IMG/VR virus record: IMGVR_UViG_3300046615_000177
Location: 42,643 to 106,642 of that record
DNA length: 64,000 bases
Reading direction: 5' to 3' (one strand)
From: a virus
Taxonomy: Duplodnaviria > Caudoviricetes
A program made the translations under genes and the position numbers. Every line of letters starts with the position of its first letter. The stretch's first letter is position 1. Shown here piece by piece: positions 47,112 to 57,091 of the stretch. Under the pieces are notes generated by a model. The model saw only the letters and a program-made list of their open reading frames with translations, was not told the origin of the DNA and did not search any database.

Positions 47112-50100
47112 CTATGCCACCTTGATTCCGGCCAGCTCATACATATGCATGTATGGCTCGATCATCTCGTAGGTCACGTCCATGGCTTCCTTCTTGACCT
47201 TCTTAGGCTTCACGTATGGATTGCCGTGCTCGTCCCATTTCAGGTCTAGGGCAGTGTCCCACGTTGCCCCAATAGCAGGCTCGGCTACAATCGGCATGAT
47301 GTCGCTAAAGCCGTCAATAGGGCGCTCCATAACCTCCTGAATAAACATAGCTGCCTCAACCGCATGCTCTACAGGGGCCTGCCCCTGAAGCTCGTCATGA
47401 ATCTGCATATGCATCGAAAGTGCTGGACAACGGTGCTGCTCCTTACGGATGTTGACCATCGCCAGTGCGATGATGTCGGCCGCAGAGCCTTGGATAGGTG
47501 TGTTCATACAGATGTTCTCTGCCTTCTGCCGCACCCACTGGTTACTATCATTGATATGAGGCACTGGGCGGCGATGGTTGAACATCGTAGTTACATAGCC
47601 ATTCTTACGAGCAAAGGAAATCATCTCGTCGGCGTACTCTCGCACTCCCGGGAACGTCGCCATGTAGTCCGCGATGAATTTTTTGGCTTGGGCGACAGTC
47701 ATGCCCATTGCGGGGTCCTTCGCTAGTCCAAACTCTGTCATACCGAACACGATTCCGAAGTTGACCTTCTTGGCGCGGTACCGATGGGACTTGAACAACT
47801 CTTTGACCTCTTCCAACAGGCAGGCCAGCTTGAACACCCGGTGCGCTACCCAAGCATGCAGGTCTCCCCCGGAAGCGAGGGTATTGATCATACCCATCTC
47901 CCGGGCAAACCACGCCAGCACCTTCAGCTCAATCTGCGCGTAGTCAGCTCCGATGTAGAACACGTGGCCGGACAGCTTTTGCTTGACGATGAAGTGCCAC
48001 GTCTTGGCGGTGAAATCGTTCAGCTTGTCCGGCGTGATGATCTCTCCGCCTGCAAATAGCTGCTCGGTCTTCTCCTTATCCGCCAGCAGAATGCGCTTGT
48101 CCGGCAGAATAATCTCCCCGGAAGGCGGAAGGAACGGTGCTACGAAGACCGACCGGATGCCCATAGGGTCATTATCGGGGCGCGGGATATTCTGAAGGTT
48201 CGGTTTCTTTGACGACAGCCTCCATGTGTTGACAAGGTTCAGTGCGGTATGGAGCCTGTCCGTGTCTGTCCGGCAGAATGGGAGCATTCCGTTAACGTAC
48301 GTCGAGTTGATCTTGTCGTACTTGGACTTCTCCTTCAGAATCTTCATGAATGGGCTATCACCGTCGTAGTTCTCAATGAAGCGGTCGACGGTCTCCGCGT
48401 TTGTCGTCGGAAGGCCAGAGTCTCCGCGCTGCACTCCCTCCAGCGGGAACTTCAGAATGTGGTAAAACAGCCACTGCCGATGCCCCGGACTCGCCCAGTT
48501 GAACGGTTTACCCTCCTTGATGAACAGGGAGATAGGCGCTTTACTGCGTTCACCCTTCTTACGTCCCTCACCCATTGGGTACTCTCCGGCAGGTACAATG
48601 ACGTTCTCGCGGCCCAACTCTTCGTCGTATACGACCTCAGCATGCGGAACAATCTCGATCAGCTCGTCGTTCAGAAGGCTCTCCAGCCCTTTGATACCTG
48701 CGTCCGTGCTCGCATTTGGGTCGCCCTTCAGCGCCTTCATTGCTACCTGCTTCAAGGCGAACAGTCTATCGCGGCTGACGTGCCACCCAGTTAGTTCGTA
48801 CTCTGCCAGCACCATCATGCGCGGCACGTCAAGTTCGAACATGACCTCCATAACACCCGTCGCTTCAGCCAATGGCAGTAGGTAGTAGTAGAGTCCCAGC
48901 GCCCAGTCGGAGTCGGACGCGCCATAGTCAATAGAGTGCTTATCTACAGGAAGCTCATTGAACGTCCGGCTGCGGGAGTGCTTTGATACCTTGGCTTTTT
49001 TCTGGCCTTTTTTAGCCCCGGATTTGTAGTGGCCCATAGACTCCTCCCAGTACTCCGTGGTCCACTCATGCTTTCCGACCGTATCCTTAAAACTCTTAAT
49101 CTCGTCGATGCTCAGTAGCCCATGCACCATACCGTGCTCGTCGGCCAGCAGCGCCTTAGTTGCAGGCTTCAAACCTACCCGAACCTCGTAGGACTCACCG
49201 TCGAACTCGGTGTTTTCGGGCAGGGCCAGCAGCTTCACCATCAGCATGGTGTCCACTACCTTATGCTTCAAGGCTTTGTGGAAAAAGTCGATCCCGTGCG
49301 TCAGGCTCCACTGGTACTCTGCCTTGATGTTGTGGGCAATCAGCAGGATGTCCGGGTCTTCAAGCAGCGGCTTCAGGAAGATGCTACGCAGCTCCTGCCA
49401 GTCCCAATTGGCCCCGTAGTTGTCATGCCTGATCGGTAGATAGACCGCAAACTTCAGCTTCCATGTGAAGGAAACCCCGACGATGTAGTGGTCCTGCGGG
49501 TCTGTCGTATCGTCGTCGGGGTCTCCGTTGGTTTCATAGTCGAACGCCATAACTTGATGGAGGATGATCTGCGCTTTGTAGTACATCAGCGCCTCTCGGT
49601 CATTCTTTCCTACTGCGATGTAACCGTCCGGGATCGGCTCGGCCAATACGTTGTGACCGCCCTTCAGAAGTGCCTCAGCCTGCGAGGGGTTAAGCTTGGC
49701 AGGCTTTACAGGTGCCCCGGGAGGTACCGGACGTGACGGTCTTGGCGGTATACCCATCGCTTTTGCAGAGTTGTCGTACGCCTGCTGCGACGATAGCTTG
49801 TTGACAACTTCCTGCGCACCCTGCTGCGTGGCCGTAGTGATAATGTCCGCTACCGGGCTTCTGAAGCTGTCTACCTGTGCCCTCACGGCCTCCAGCGCCT
49901 GATCGTTCACGGCTTCCTGCCGCATTCCCGGAGGAACAGGACGCTTCGGTCTTTGTGGCCTCGCAGGAGCCGCTGTGGTGGCTTGTGGTGGTGCTGGCTC
50001 CGCCTTTACCGACACTTCACCCTGCGGCGTCCATATCGTCGCTGGCGCGGGTGCTGGTGGCACTGGCCGGGTGACCATTGCCGGAGTGTTCTTCCGATTT

Positions 50101-50489
50101 ACCCCTATACCGTCCGTGGATAGCACAGACTCACCGGGCTGTCTACCACTACGCTGCGCGGCGATCTTGGCCTGCGCGTCTCTTAAACTCAATGCTACCA
50201 GCTCCTTGTTGTTCCTTAGTTCGACCAAAACATCTCCGTGGCACGCCTCTGGCTTACAGAAGCACCCCAGCACCTTACCGTCTAGCTCTCCGGCCAGCAG
50301 CGCCTCCAGCAGTGGTATCTGGGTCAATATCCATTCCCGGTACCTCTGGATGGATTCTGCACGGGTTTTTACCCGGTAGAGGGCCAGCGTGCCGGACGTA
50401 TGTGAGAAGGGGTTACCCCACTTGCTACCGCGTCCGATGTACACGTCGTACACTGCACCGAAGTGCCGCTTATTGACGACCTGCTTCAC
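47112..50489 (-). CDS. polA: Family A DNA polymerase with N-terminal DUF4326 domain, Pro-rich linker and 3'-5' exonuclease
   Basis: DUF4326 YIGRGSKWGNPF...LGCFCKP.CHGDVL; exonuclease AFDYET/AHN; RLSSKKPNLQNIP, motif A ADYAQIEL, motif B R.RAKKVNFG, motif C QIHDEL. Confidence 0.93.
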   Translation of the reverse strand: MKQVVNKRHFGAVYDVYIGRGSKWGNPFSHTSGTLALYRVKTRAESIQRYREWILTQIPLLEALLAGELDGKVLGCFCKPEACHGDVLVELRNNKELVALSLRDAQAKIAAQRSGRQPGESVLSTDGIGVNRKNTPAMVTRPVPPAPAPATIWTPQGEVSVKAEPAPPQATTAAPARPQRPKRPVPPGMRQEAVNDQALEAVRAQVDSFRSPVADIITTATQQGAQEVVNKLSSQQAYDNSAKAMGIPPRPSRPVPPGAPVKPAKLNPSQAEALLKGGHNVLAEPIPDGYIAVGKNDREALMYYKAQIILHQVMAFDYETNGDPDDDTTDPQDHYIVGVSFTWKLKFAVYLPIRHDNYGANWDWQELRSIFLKPLLEDPDILLIAHNIKAEYQWSLTHGIDFFHKALKHKVVDTMLMVKLLALPENTEFDGESYEVRVGLKPATKALLADEHGMVHGLLSIDEIKSFKDTVGKHEWTTEYWEESMGHYKSGAKKGQKKAKVSKHSRSRTFNELPVDKHSIDYGASDSDWALGLYYYLLPLAEATGVMEVMFELDVPRMMVLAEYELTGWHVSRDRLFALKQVAMKALKGDPNASTDAGIKGLESLLNDELIEIVPHAEVVYDEELGRENVIVPAGEYPMGEGRKKGERSKAPISLFIKEGKPFNWASPGHRQWLFYHILKFPLEGVQRGDSGLPTTNAETVDRFIENYDGDSPFMKILKEKSKYDKINSTYVNGMLPFCRTDTDRLHTALNLVNTWRLSSKKPNLQNIPRPDNDPMGIRSVFVAPFLPPSGEIILPDKRILLADKEKTEQLFAGGEIITPDKLNDFTAKTWHFIVKQKLSGHVFYIGADYAQIELKVLAWFAREMGMINTLASGGDLHAWVAHRVFKLACLLEEVKELFKSHRYRAKKVNFGIVFGMTEFGLAKDPAMGMTVAQAKKFIADYMATFPGVREYADEMISFARKNGYVTTMFNHRRPVPHINDSNQWVRQKAENICMNTPIQGSAADIIALAMVNIRKEQHRCPALSMHMQIHDELQGQAPVEHAVEAAMFIQEVMERPIDGFSDIMPIVAEPAIGATWDTALDLKWDEHGNPYVKPKKVKKEAMDVTYEMIEPYMHMYELAGIKVA

Positions 50490-50583
50490 TTCCGGGGTGC
50501 ACGGATGATGTGCTTCACCGGGTGGCCTCCGATATGAGTCAGCTTCAGGGGATCATCTAGGCTACGAATAACTTGTGTGATAG

Positions 50584-50952
50584 TCATCCCTTCACCTCCG
50601 TATCGTGAACTTCGGATTCAGGGTAGTACTTCATGTGCAGCGGGCGGTCAAGGAAGCGCTGGTACAGCTCGTCGATATGCTGCTGCTTGGCGAGCGCCTG
50701 ACCCGCAGCATCTATGGACCCTGCTGCGAAGGCATCTGCAATGTACCGCCCTGTTAAGATGCGGCACTCTGTGTACCTACGACCGACTTCAATAATGCGC
50801 TTAGTAGTAAGCTCTGCGCTGCGCATAAGCGCCAGCAGTACACTCTCTTCAGCATAGTAAGCGTGGGAGGCTTTAGGTAAGGACACTTCAGCCATCCATA
50901 GAGCGTGCCGCTCTTTTTCGGTTATCCACATGCTACTCACACACCTTCTCAA
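50584..50952 (-). CDS. Hypothetical protein
   Basis: Overlaps neighbours; start uncertain. Confidence 0.55.
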   Translation of the reverse strand: MRRCVSSMWITEKERHALWMAEVSLPKASHAYYAEESVLLALMRSAELTTKRIIEVGRRYTECRILTGRYIADAFAAGSIDAAGQALAKQQHIDELYQRFLDRPLHMKYYPESEVHDTEVKG

Positions 50953-51310
50953 TGAATTTTTCGTGCAGCTCGTCCATGCGTCCCGTAGCTATGTAGTACT
51001 TTTTGGACTCCCGCCGGACAAGGCCATATTCCTTAAACTTCCGAAGCCTCTGAAGCACAGGCTTGTCTGCGCATCCCAGCGATTGGTAGATGTCGTCGGC
51101 GGTGCATATACCTACTTCGACAAGGTACTCTACCAATCGACGGGTCAGGTCTTTGCTCTCCCGCCTGTTGGTCGGGTGAAGCGCCATCTTAATACTTAAA
51201 ACGTCAGGGATCGACAATGGCTGAAGCTCTTTGTGCTGGCTGTGTATTGCTCTCAGCCGCTCGGCCTTGTCGCGGTACTCCGCCAGTATTTGTTGCGGCG
51301 ATTTGGTCAT
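50933..51310 (-). CDS. Winged-helix DNA-binding protein
   Basis: TADDIYQSLG...VLQRLRKFKEYGLVRR...YY. Confidence 0.75.
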   Translation of the reverse strand: MTKSPQQILAEYRDKAERLRAIHSQHKELQPLSIPDVLSIKMALHPTNRRESKDLTRRLVEYLVEVGICTADDIYQSLGCADKPVLQRLRKFKEYGLVRRESKKYYIATGRMDELHEKFIEKVCE

Positions 51311-51326
51311 ATTGCCCTCCTGTACA

Positions 51327-51429
51327 CAGTACGAGTTCGTACTGACTTACGACAAGTATAGACAAGTTTGCACAACTTTGCAATAGAAAAACGCCGAAAA
51401 ATGTCGAATTTTCCGGCGTTCATGTCGAA
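51327..51429 (-). promoter_or_regulatory. Sigma-A promoter TTGCAA-17-TATACT (51355-51383) with 10-bp repeats, Spo0A boxes and a downstream palindromic operator
   Basis: CAGTACG-AGTT-CGTACTG at 51327-51344; TGTCGAA at 51402 and 51423. Confidence 0.75.
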
Positions 51430-51456
51430 CCTTGTATTTTAGTGTCCCATGGGCGG

Positions 51457-51738
51457 TCACTGCTCCCTGCTGGGTAGGCGCTCATGGGCGGCGCGACGCC
51501 AAGCTCGCCTGTTGGCCTCGTGGTCGCCCGCCCCTTTTGTGTTCTCTCTGTGTACTTCGGAAGCCAGTGCCCTTACGTTCAGCCATCCGGGATTCAGATC
51601 GTCCACACAGACAACAAGAATCTCCACCAGTCTTCCGAACACCCGGTCTGAGCGCATGGACGATACTACATAGCCCACGAACCCTTCTCCCGCAAATAGG
51701 TCTTGCTGCGTATTAAAGCTCACCTCTTCTACCTTCAT
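51457..51738 (-). CDS. Hypothetical protein
   Basis: RBS AAGGAG. Confidence 0.55.
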   Translation of the reverse strand: MKVEEVSFNTQQDLFAGEGFVGYVVSSMRSDRVFGRLVEILVVCVDDLNPGWLNVRALASEVHRENTKGAGDHEANRRAWRRAAHERLPSREQ

Positions 51739-51741
51739 CAG

Positions 51742-52053
51742 CTACTCCTTTCGGATAGCGGCTTCGTACATAGCCGTAGCTGCCTGTACGAGAGTTCCCA
51801 GTTTTTCGATCTCGCTCATTGCAACGACCATGCCTACACGTTCGGTATGGTAATCCTGCGGGAGCTTCTCCAATATCAGGGAAGCTACCTGATCGGTTAC
51901 CTTCACCATCTTACGTGCGGCGCTGATAAATTCGTCAGTTAAGTCCTGCATCTCTACCCTCTCCTCTCGTAGCTGCGGGAGGTGAAACTGGGTGCGCCAC
52001 CGCTCAATCAGCGACGCGCTCAGCTCTGCCTTTAAACGGTCGAAGCAGTTCAT
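51742..52053 (-). CDS. Hypothetical protein
   Basis: ATGA-coupled to the primase-helicase. Confidence 0.6.
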   Translation of the reverse strand: MNCFDRLKAELSASLIERWRTQFHLPQLREERVEMQDLTDEFISAARKMVKVTDQVASLILEKLPQDYHTERVGMVVAMSEIEKLGTLVQAATAMYEAAIRKE

Positions 52054-55000
52054 GAGTTTAAGAACTCTATGAACTTCGGAAGCTTACGAAGACCTTCGCG
52101 AGTCCGGCTGATCATCGAATGTTTGGTCAGGATTGCAAGCCGGGCATTAACCTGCCCTCGCTCGTATCCCAGCATGTCAATGATCTCATTCGGCTTCAGA
52201 ATCTCGTTGCGGCGGAACAACTCCAAGATTTCAGTAGACACCGCAGCGTTGTCACTGAAGTCAATGTCGTGAAGCTCCTTGGCGACGGTCTTACGGTCTT
52301 CCTCAGTCAGCTCTGTCTCGCCCTGACTCTTAGCGCTATAGGTGTCAAGCCGGGCGTTCTTGTTGTCGTACACGACCTGCAAGAATTCGGCTGCGTAGTC
52401 CACATGCTCCGGCTGCACCATAACGTTCTCGTGCGTGTCGTCTGCCGAATGCACAAGAGCGGCCAGTGCGATAGCTAAGCGGCATATCTTCTTCCGAAGG
52501 TCGGAAGGCTCCATCAGCGGTATATCTTGGGCGTATCCATACTTAGTCCCCAGCAGGTCTGCAAAGTGCAGTACGCGCTTCATGGCAGGCTTGGTGATCA
52601 CAATCTGATCGGCCTTCCGGCTCCACGCCCATAGGATGCTGTTGCGCATGGTCTCCGAAGAGATGATCTGTGTCCGCTTGGTCTCGTCCTGCTCAGAGTT
52701 AAGCACGGACTTCGGAACATCGCCGGACTGAAGGAATACGGCCAAGTCCAGACGGCGTATATCTGCCGGGCTTGCGAACAGTGACTTTAGCGCCTCCACC
52801 CCATGAGTAAAGGACGACAGCGTACGTGCCCGGGTAGGGTTAGTGAGCAGCAGCAGGCGTACTCGTGCGTTAGTTTCTGTATCCATCCCGGCCCGGTTAA
52901 CCTTCAGAACGCCAGTGGTGCGAGCTTCCGTGATCTTCCCAAAGTCATCCGGTGGCATCTCGGAGAACTCGTCCAAGGCCATCAGGCGGCGGTCAGACAG
53001 AGGGTAGCTTCCCCACTTAATGAACCAGCGCTCTCCGATCTGCTCCAGCATATAGACCAGCCCGGTACGGCTGGACCCTTCGCCGGAGGTCATATTCCCA
53101 AGGCCACAAAACTCCATAATATTACTTACGAGCTGCGTCTTAGCCTGCCCAGAGTCTCCGACGAAGATTGTCTCCATCCATCCGCGCTTTTCGAGCTGCC
53201 CCTGAAAATAGTAGTTCAGGCAGGAGTGGTACGTCATTAAGGCGGCAAGATGGGCCTCGAAGCGCTCCCGAACCAATGTGACATTACCCACAAGGTCCTC
53301 AATAATCAGCGACACCCGGTCATCCAGCGTCTCGCCCGGAGCCTTCTGAAACACCTTGAAGCTCTCCACCACTTCCGGCGTCAGGCCGAACTTGGAGATG
53401 CTGTCTTCTTTAGGCTCGTGCTTCTGAGTCAGGATCGTCGCCATCGCATTCCGGGGATGACTGTATACGTAGCCCTCAATTTGGTAATGCTGGTTAGCCA
53501 TAGGGATAGCGTCCGGCTTACCTACAGCGTAAATCTTCCGGCTGACATACTCATTGCCCTCTCCGTCCACTTCGGAAGCTGTACCGTCCATGCTCTTCAC
53601 GGTATTGATACGCTCCGCCATCGGAACGACCAGCAGCTCGGTCACATTCTCTGTCTCGATCACGTCCGCGTTCACCTTCTTGCAGGCGGCATGGCTATGG
53701 GTGAACAGGATACCCCGAACATTGTTGTCCGGTTGGTTGGTGGCCTCAATCAGGAAGCGTTCGTTCTCATGGAACTCCTTCTCCATAATGCCGCCGTAGT
53801 CGTGCAGGATGCAGTCTTTTTCACAAAATGGCTCATGAGCGCATACGTACCGCACCTTTTTGGGCACAATGTAGGGTGTATCCATCTTGCCACTAATATG
53901 CGCGTCAAATGCTACCTTCTTGCCTGTGAAGTAGGCATCCGCTGTACGGGATAGATGCATGAATTCTGAAGGCTCGCGGTCAATAGCGTGATCCTCGTGA
54001 GCAGGGCAGGCGCGTCCGGCGCAGGGGATAATCTCATAGTCCCGTCCTTTGCGCTCCCCGTGCAGGCTGCGAATAAAGGCGCACCCGAAGTGGTAGCGGT
54101 CATCCTGATACACGGTCTTAACGCATGATATGGTAGAGGCGCGGACTTCCGAAGACGCCGAAGAAGTCATGGACTTCGGAATCTTGTCGGACCACTTGGT
54201 CAGGATGTCGATAGTCTCTCCGATTGGGGTACCAATATCCTTATAGTAGGACGACAGGGCCATAGTCGCCTTGTTCCGGTCCCCGTTCTTCAGGATGCCG
54301 CGCTCCAATACGAACAGCACGCACATAGGTACGCCTTCCATCTGGGAGAGTACTTCGTCCTTCAGGGTCACCCGGTCGGCTTGCAGCTTCTCCGTGTCAA
54401 GGAAGGCGTTCCAGTTCTTAAAGAACCATTCCTTCGCCAGATCGTTGACCTCATACTCGACCATCTCTGGAGGCCAAAGGTCTGCACGCGGGGACTTGGC
54501 TAAGCCGTCGATGGGGTCTATAACCTTCCGAAGGTCGCCCTTCAGCTCTTCGTGGAACAGCTCGATCTTGAACTGACCACTTTTGTGGTGGATGGAATTG
54601 ATCATCCGTAGCTGGCGCCCATGCCCATAAATGGAACCCGTGTCCAAGGAACGAAGTCCCAGTTGTGATTCGAGGTAAACCGCGATAAACTTGAACACAC
54701 GGTGAAGGTTTCGATCAGGCTGGATGTCTAGTACCACAGGGTTTACGAGGACATGGAAGCCCTTGGAACCGCTGAAGTACACTCTAATCTCGTCCTCGGT
54801 CATTCCGAAGCGCTCCATGAAGAAGTGAATGATCCTCACGGCGTCGGCGCGGCTGGCCTCGATGTTTTTCAACCATACGAGCTGCTTCAGCTCTGGGTTG
54901 TTTTCTGCCATCTCGTTCAGCTCTCTGCATATATCGTCAGGCATAGGGATGCCAATTTCTGCATTGTATATACTCGCTTTGATGGCCGGAGTAACGTACG

Positions 55001-55329
55001 GCTCCAGCTCAGAAAGAACGATCAGCCCTTCCTCGATCAGGCCGGGTGTGGGTGGAGTTTTTGCGAAGTCCTTCGATAACAGCCGCTGGCTGTCAATGTC
55101 GAAGAATAGAGGGGCATACATGGTTTCGCCGCCGCCCTCTTGCTTAACCTTGTTGCTGTAGGTCTGGACGGTGTTGAACACGTTGAAGTTGTTGTGCTGG
55201 TTACGGAAGTCGTCAATTTTGTCTACCTCAACCCGGACCCATTTGGTGCGGTGTCCTGTGGAGGGGTTAATGTGAAAGCAGTCTACAAACTTGAAGTCAC
55301 TGAGTGTCGCTTTCTTACCCTTTGCCATT
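52050..55329 (-). CDS. AEP primase fused to an MCM-like AAA+ helicase
   Basis: AEP motifs LFFDID, FSGSKGFH; PriCT-like GDRN; MCM-like GDSGQAKT, TSGEGSSRTGL, ALDEF, IRRLDL; C-terminal wHTH; start MAKGKK after AGGGGG. Confidence 0.85.
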
Positions 55330-55515
55330 ATTGCGTTCCCCCTGTTGCAGGTGTATCCCTCCGTAGGAGCCGTATTCGCCACTTGTCTGCGGGAAGCTAT
55401 GCCAAGCTTCCGAAGCATATGCGTTCGCTTTCGCGATGACGTTCTGCTCGCTGACGTCTGTTGTGGCTGTCTTGCTCCATGCCGAAGAACCACCCGAAGT
55501 GTACATCATAAAGTG

Positions 55516-55546
55516 ATAAAAATTAAAGCCCTGATTAACAGGGCTT
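55516..55546 (-). terminator. Intrinsic terminator downstream of the ncRNA candidate
   Basis: AAGCCCTG-TTAAT-CAGGGCTT followed by TAATTTTT. Confidence 0.65.
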
Positions 55547-55591
55547 CGGAAGTTCATAAATTATGTGGGTGCAGGTCACGCTCCTGCACGC

Positions 55592-55800
55592 GTGGTAGGG
55601 TAGGCGCGTAGCGGCGCCTCGTTTTACGTCTCGTCCGATTTGCCGTCCTCTGCTAGTCTACGCCGCCGTACTATTTCAACGGGCCTAACATCTACGTCGC
55701 ATCACCAAGCTTCGCGGTAGTCTCGAAAGACTCCGCCTTCGGTCTCGCCTGCCCGTTTAGGGACTCTAGCCCATGAGTACCAGTCGAGTTCCCCTACCAC
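55592..55800 (-). ncRNA. Candidate ~210-nt multi-stem noncoding RNA
   Basis: Ends pair (GTGGTAGGG/CCCTACCAC); internal AACGGGC/GCCCGTT helix, UUCG-capped hairpin and AGGCGC/GCGCCT hairpin; no ORF; downstream terminator. Confidence 0.6.
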
Positions 55801-55846
55801 TGATTATATCTTCTCCCGATACCCCACGATGAATGATAGCAGTATG

Positions 55847-56569
55847 CTACTTGGCGGACCGGATGTTAAGCGGCTGCCCGTCTACAAGGCTGAACGCCTC
55901 GAAGTCGACGCGGCTGTAACGGTCCTTGACCTTGTTCTCATGCCGGGAGATAGTCATACGCGTCCATACCTGACTTACACCAAGGCCCGCCTTCAGAAGG
56001 TTCTTCACGTAGTCGATAAACTGCATCGCGCTCGTAGTCGACAGCGAGATGGTGTACTCTACAGGCTCGTCTCCTTCTTCCTCACCCTGCTCCAGCCAAC
56101 GGACTTCAAACTTCAACTTGTAGTTGTCGTTCAGCTTCGTGTCGGAGTTGTTAAACACCTTTGCGTCGGGGTTGGTCTCGTCTACCCACTGGTAGAACCG
56201 CTTGCCGTAGCTCACAACGATGTCGATGTTTGTGGCAGTTGTGTTCGTTCCCTTATACAGGAAATCGGAACCGTCCACGCTGACGAAGTTCCCGGTATTA
56301 CCCATGCCGTCAATGTTCTCCAAGACTCCTGCGTTCATGTCTTGGATGCTACCCGATACCGCGACTGCGGTCTGCACAGGCGGTGTAACGGAAGGTGCTG
56401 GGGTTGCTGCTGGGGTAGCAGCTTGCGGTGTAACTACGGATGGTGCTGGTGTTGCTGCTGGTGCTGGTGCTGGTGTTGCTGCTGGTGTAGCAGCTTGCGG
56501 GTTAACTTCTGCGGGGGCTGCTGGTGCAGTTCCTCCTACTGGTCCGGGTCTAGTGGCTCTCAATCCCAT
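55847..56569 (-). CDS. Probable single-stranded DNA-binding/recombination protein with a Pro/Ala/Thr-repeat N-terminus
   Basis: Located in the replication cluster; beta-rich core; PQAATPAATPAP occurs twice. Confidence 0.5.
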   Translation of the reverse strand: MGLRATRPGPVGGTAPAAPAEVNPQAATPAATPAPAPAATPAPSVVTPQAATPAATPAPSVTPPVQTAVAVSGSIQDMNAGVLENIDGMGNTGNFVSVDGSDFLYKGTNTTATNIDIVVSYGKRFYQWVDETNPDAKVFNNSDTKLNDNYKLKFEVRWLEQGEEEGDEPVEYTISLSTTSAMQFIDYVKNLLKAGLGVSQVWTRMTISRHENKVKDRYSRVDFEAFSLVDGQPLNIRSAK

Positions 56570-56638
56570 TGTGGGTGCCCTCCTTGGGGTCAGGTATATT
56601 TTGCTGGGTGCTGATCACAGGTCGCGTGGTGCTTACCC

Positions 56639-56781
56639 GTTCAGTACAGCTACAAGTGTCCGGCCAGCCAGCATGCACGGTGCTCCACCCTTCCGAAGGC
56701 GATGCGGTTGCGTAGCTGCGGATAATGCCGGGCACTTCTAGCTGTACTGAACTTCGCCGCCATGTAGTGACGAAGTTCAGT
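56639..56781 (-). promoter_or_regulatory. Structured leader with two mutually exclusive hairpins
   Basis: Inverted repeats 56639-56652/56739-56752 and 56746-56756/56771-56781 overlap. Confidence 0.55.
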
Positions 56782-56784
56782 GGC

Positions 56785-57045
56785 CTACATCAGCAGGCCT
56801 TGCTTCCGAAGGAAGTCATCAAGGGCGGTAATGGTGAACCGCCGCATCTCGTTCTTCCCGTTCGGGTTGGTATCTACATAAGGGATGTCGTTCTCCCTGA
56901 TGACGCGATAGAAGGTGTGTCTGCTCTTACATGGATAGCCTTTTTCGGATAGGTACTCCATTGCTTCAGACATGGATACCAGTCGATTAGGCTGCTCCGG
57001 TGGTGCTACTTTAGGTGTAGGACGTTTCTGCCTGAATTGCATCAC
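56785..57045 (-). CDS. Excisionase-like (HTH_17/MerR-type) DNA-binding protein
   Basis: VSMSEAMEYL...SRHTFYRVIRENDIP...RRF...LDDFL. Confidence 0.8.
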   Translation of the reverse strand: MMQFRQKRPTPKVAPPEQPNRLVSMSEAMEYLSEKGYPCKSRHTFYRVIRENDIPYVDTNPNGKNEMRRFTITALDDFLRKQGLLM

Positions 57046-57091
57046 TTTTGTTCAGCTCCTTTCGTGGTGTGCGCTCCATGTCACTGTACCC

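Noticed and set aside
5472-50489. Inteins, introns or homing endonucleases in terL, nrdJ, polA or thyA
   Set aside because: The ORFs are continuous, with no intein splice-junction or LAGLIDADG/HNH motifs; the visible insertions are short.
50922-50930. Perfect DnaA box TTATCCACA
   Set aside because: It is a single copy inside a coding region, not clustered and not in the AT-rich blocks; compatible with chance.
56639-56752. Long hairpin as SRP (4.5S) or 6S RNA
   Set aside because: It lacks the SRP domain IV CAGG...GGAA...AGCA loop arrangement and is too short for 6S RNA.
56785-57045. Excisionase implying an integrated prophage
   Set aside because: No integrase, att-like site or host genes are in the window; HTH_17 proteins also act as ordinary regulators.
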